NCBI GenBank assembly: GCA_963708015.1
Contig: OY970185.1
Location: 2,613,486 to 2,677,485, forward strand
DNA: 64,000 bases
Reading direction: 5' to 3'
From: an uncultured Chloroflexia bacterium
Lineage (GTDB): Bacteria; Chloroflexota; Limnocylindria; Limnocylindrales; CSP1-4
The notes beneath the pieces were generated by a model. It searched no databases and was not told the origin of the DNA. It saw only the letters and a program-made list of their open reading frames with translations. The translations under genes were made by a program, and so were the position numbers. This document shows positions 62,626 through 64,000 of the stretch, piece after piece. Within the stretch, counting starts at the first letter, position 1. Every line of letters begins with the position of its first letter.

Positions 62626-63357
62626 ATGGGTGGCCCACAACCCGGAGATCCACAGGCGGCCGGAACGATCGCTCCGCCCGGCCATGCCGGCGACGCAGGG
62701 GCCACCGGTCACGACGGCCACGCCCCAACCCTCCGGCGCGAGCTCGTGCTGGCCCTGCGCACGGCCGGGCCAAGCTCACCGGACCAGCTCGCGGCGGCGG
62801 TCGGAGCGAGCCGGACGGGGGTCCTCCAACAGCTCCGGGTGCTCGAGACCGATGGCCTCGTCTCGCGCCGGACCGAGCGGCACGGGGTCGGCCGGCCACG
62901 CCACCTGTACGACGTCACGCCCAATGCCCAGCGCCTCTTCCCGGCCAACTACGACGGGCTGGCCGCCGGCCTGATCGCGGCAATCGATTCGATCGGCGGG
63001 CGGAAGCTGGTCGACCAGGTCTTCCAGGCCCGCCGGACGCAGACGGCCGAACGGATCCGTCGGCGGCTCGATGAGGTCGTCCCGGACGAGGCGCCCTTCC
63101 TCGATCGGGTGCGCGAGCTGGCGGTGATCCAGGACGAGCAGGGTTACCTGTGCGGAGCGGAGCTGTCGGCTGACGGGACGATCCGGATGCGCGAGCACAA
63201 CTGCGCGATCTTCCACGTGGCGGCCGACGACCCGGCGGCCTGCGACGCCGAGCTCCAGCTGTTCCAGGACGTGCTGGGCGCCGACGTCACCCGCGAGTCG
63301 CATATCGCCTCGGGCGACCGCTGCTGCACCTTCCGGATCAGCCCCCGGCCCGACTGA
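62626..63357 (+). CDS. ArsR/COG2345-type (SufR-like) HTH regulator with C-terminal Cys cluster
   Basis: 'LRRELVLALRTAGPSSPDQLAAAVGASRTGVLQQLRVLETDGLVSR'. Cys residues in 'YLCG', 'HNCAIF', 'AACD' and 'RCCTF'. The start is uncertain. Confidence 0.7.
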   Translation: MGGPQPGDPQAAGTIAPPGHAGDAGATGHDGHAPTLRRELVLALRTAGPSSPDQLAAAVGASRTGVLQQLRVLETDGLVSRRTERHGVGRPRHLYDVTPNAQRLFPANYDGLAAGLIAAIDSIGGRKLVDQVFQARRTQTAERIRRRLDEVVPDEAPFLDRVRELAVIQDEQGYLCGAELSADGTIRMREHNCAIFHVAADDPAACDAELQLFQDVLGADVTRESHIASGDRCCTFRISPRPD

Positions 63358-64000
63358 TCAGGCTTCCTCGCGCTCGACCTCGACCCGCCGGGCGGGCTCG
63401 AGGACCGACGGGATCACGTCGGTCACGTTCGGCACGAACGAGGCCGCCAGGGCCGTCTCGATCGCCTGGCGCTGGTCGTCGGGTGACAGGATCCCCAGCC
63501 GGCCGAGCGTCTGGAGCTCGTCCCGGATGTAGGTCTTGAGCATCTCCGGGCCGTCCGTGTTGATCGTGAACCGGACCTCGTTCCGGCGGAACTGGTCGAA
63601 GATCCAGCGGAACTCCTCCCAGCTGGCCACGACCCGGGTGTTCAGGTTCGAGGCCGGGCAGATCTCGAGCACGATTCCCCGATCGCGCAGCATCTCCATC
63701 GCCCGCGGGTCGTAGGCCGCCTTCACCCCGTGCCCGATCCGGTCGGGCTCGAGCAGCTCGATCACCCGGGCCACCTCCTCGACCGGGCCCGACTCGCCCG
63801 TGTGGACGGTCAACCCCAGGCCGAACTGGCGGGCCCGCCGGAAGAGGCGGCGGTAGTCGGCCACCCGGAAGGTCGCGCTCTCGGGACCGGCGATGTCGAC
63901 CCCGACGACGCCCCGGTCGTGCCAGGCGATCGCCTTCTCGACGATGATCTCGTTGAGCTCGAACGGGAAGGCCCGGTCGAGGCAGAAGATCAGGCCCGGC
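63358..64000 (-). CDS. add: adenosine deaminase family protein, C-terminal part (5' end outside window)
   Basis: 'VHTGESG', 'ICPASNL', 'FTINTDGP'. My translation shows the frame stays open from 63864 to the window edge ('...VGVDIAGPE...'). Confidence 0.85.
   Translation of the reverse strand, partial: PGLIFCLDRAFPFELNEIIVEKAIAWHDRGVVGVDIAGPESATFRVADYRRLFRRARQFGLGLTVHTGESGPVEEVARVIELLEPDRIGHGVKAAYDPRAMEMLRDRGIVLEICPASNLNTRVVASWEEFRWIFDQFRRNEVRFTINTDGPEMLKTYIRDELQTLGRLGILSPDDQRQAIETALAASFVPNVTDVIPSVLEPARRVEVEREEA

Overview
High-GC bacterial chromosomal segment. Third codon positions of credible genes are almost always G/C, judged by eye and not computed. Gene content (LLM/F420-type oxidoreductase, DUF4032-like protein, Flp pilin, many leaderless-looking starts, tRNAs with encoded CCA) suggests an Actinomycetota- or Chloroflexota-like organism; this cannot be proven from the window. 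I can support about 68 protein-coding genes and 3 tRNAs (Lys-CUU, Arg-UCU, Glu-CUC). I saw no rRNA, CRISPR array, transposase or integrase. Layout: (1) 1-8.6 kb: a GGDEF fragment, a GH3 lipoprotein, and a same-strand Ni/Co cluster (EcfT-EcfA-EcfA', NiCoT permease, Fur-family regulator, anchored protein). (2) 9-16.5 kb: a minus-strand acyl-CoA operon (B12-binding mutase small subunit, MeaB, 3-hydroxybutyryl-CoA dehydrogenase, thiolase, aldehyde dehydrogenase), interrupted by a duplicated gene end plus an inverted-repeat element. A DrrAB-like exporter and a MarR fusion regulator follow. (3) 17.8-36 kb: housekeeping and miscellaneous genes (folE, ettA, arsR-trxA, the unlinked mutase large subunit, a second ABC-2 exporter) and two unusually long structured spacers between convergent genes. 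(4) 36-47.5 kb: a methyltransferase, an LLM-UbiA fusion, a CPBP protease, an ECF sigma factor coupled to an Ogt/Ada-zinc fusion, an EamA transporter, a GMC oxidoreductase, an acyl-CoA dehydrogenase and an aminotransferase. (5) 47.5-56.5 kb: an accessory-looking stretch with an HTH protein, an orphan Flp pilin missing from the ORF track, tRNA-Arg, a BNR-lipoprotein/ECF-sigma/membrane-BNR trio, a membrane bicupin, a class III cyclase, an orphan DNA methyltransferase and two small ORFs. (6) 56.5-64 kb: a DgcN/DgcA-like pair, tRNA-Glu, DUF1015, a second acyl-CoA dehydrogenase, a regulator and an adenosine deaminase fragment. 4-nt ATGA/GTGA start-stop overlaps are frequent. All family calls come from motif recognition by eye, and no database search was run. 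Many long ORFs in the six-frame track are GC-driven shadow frames and were discarded.
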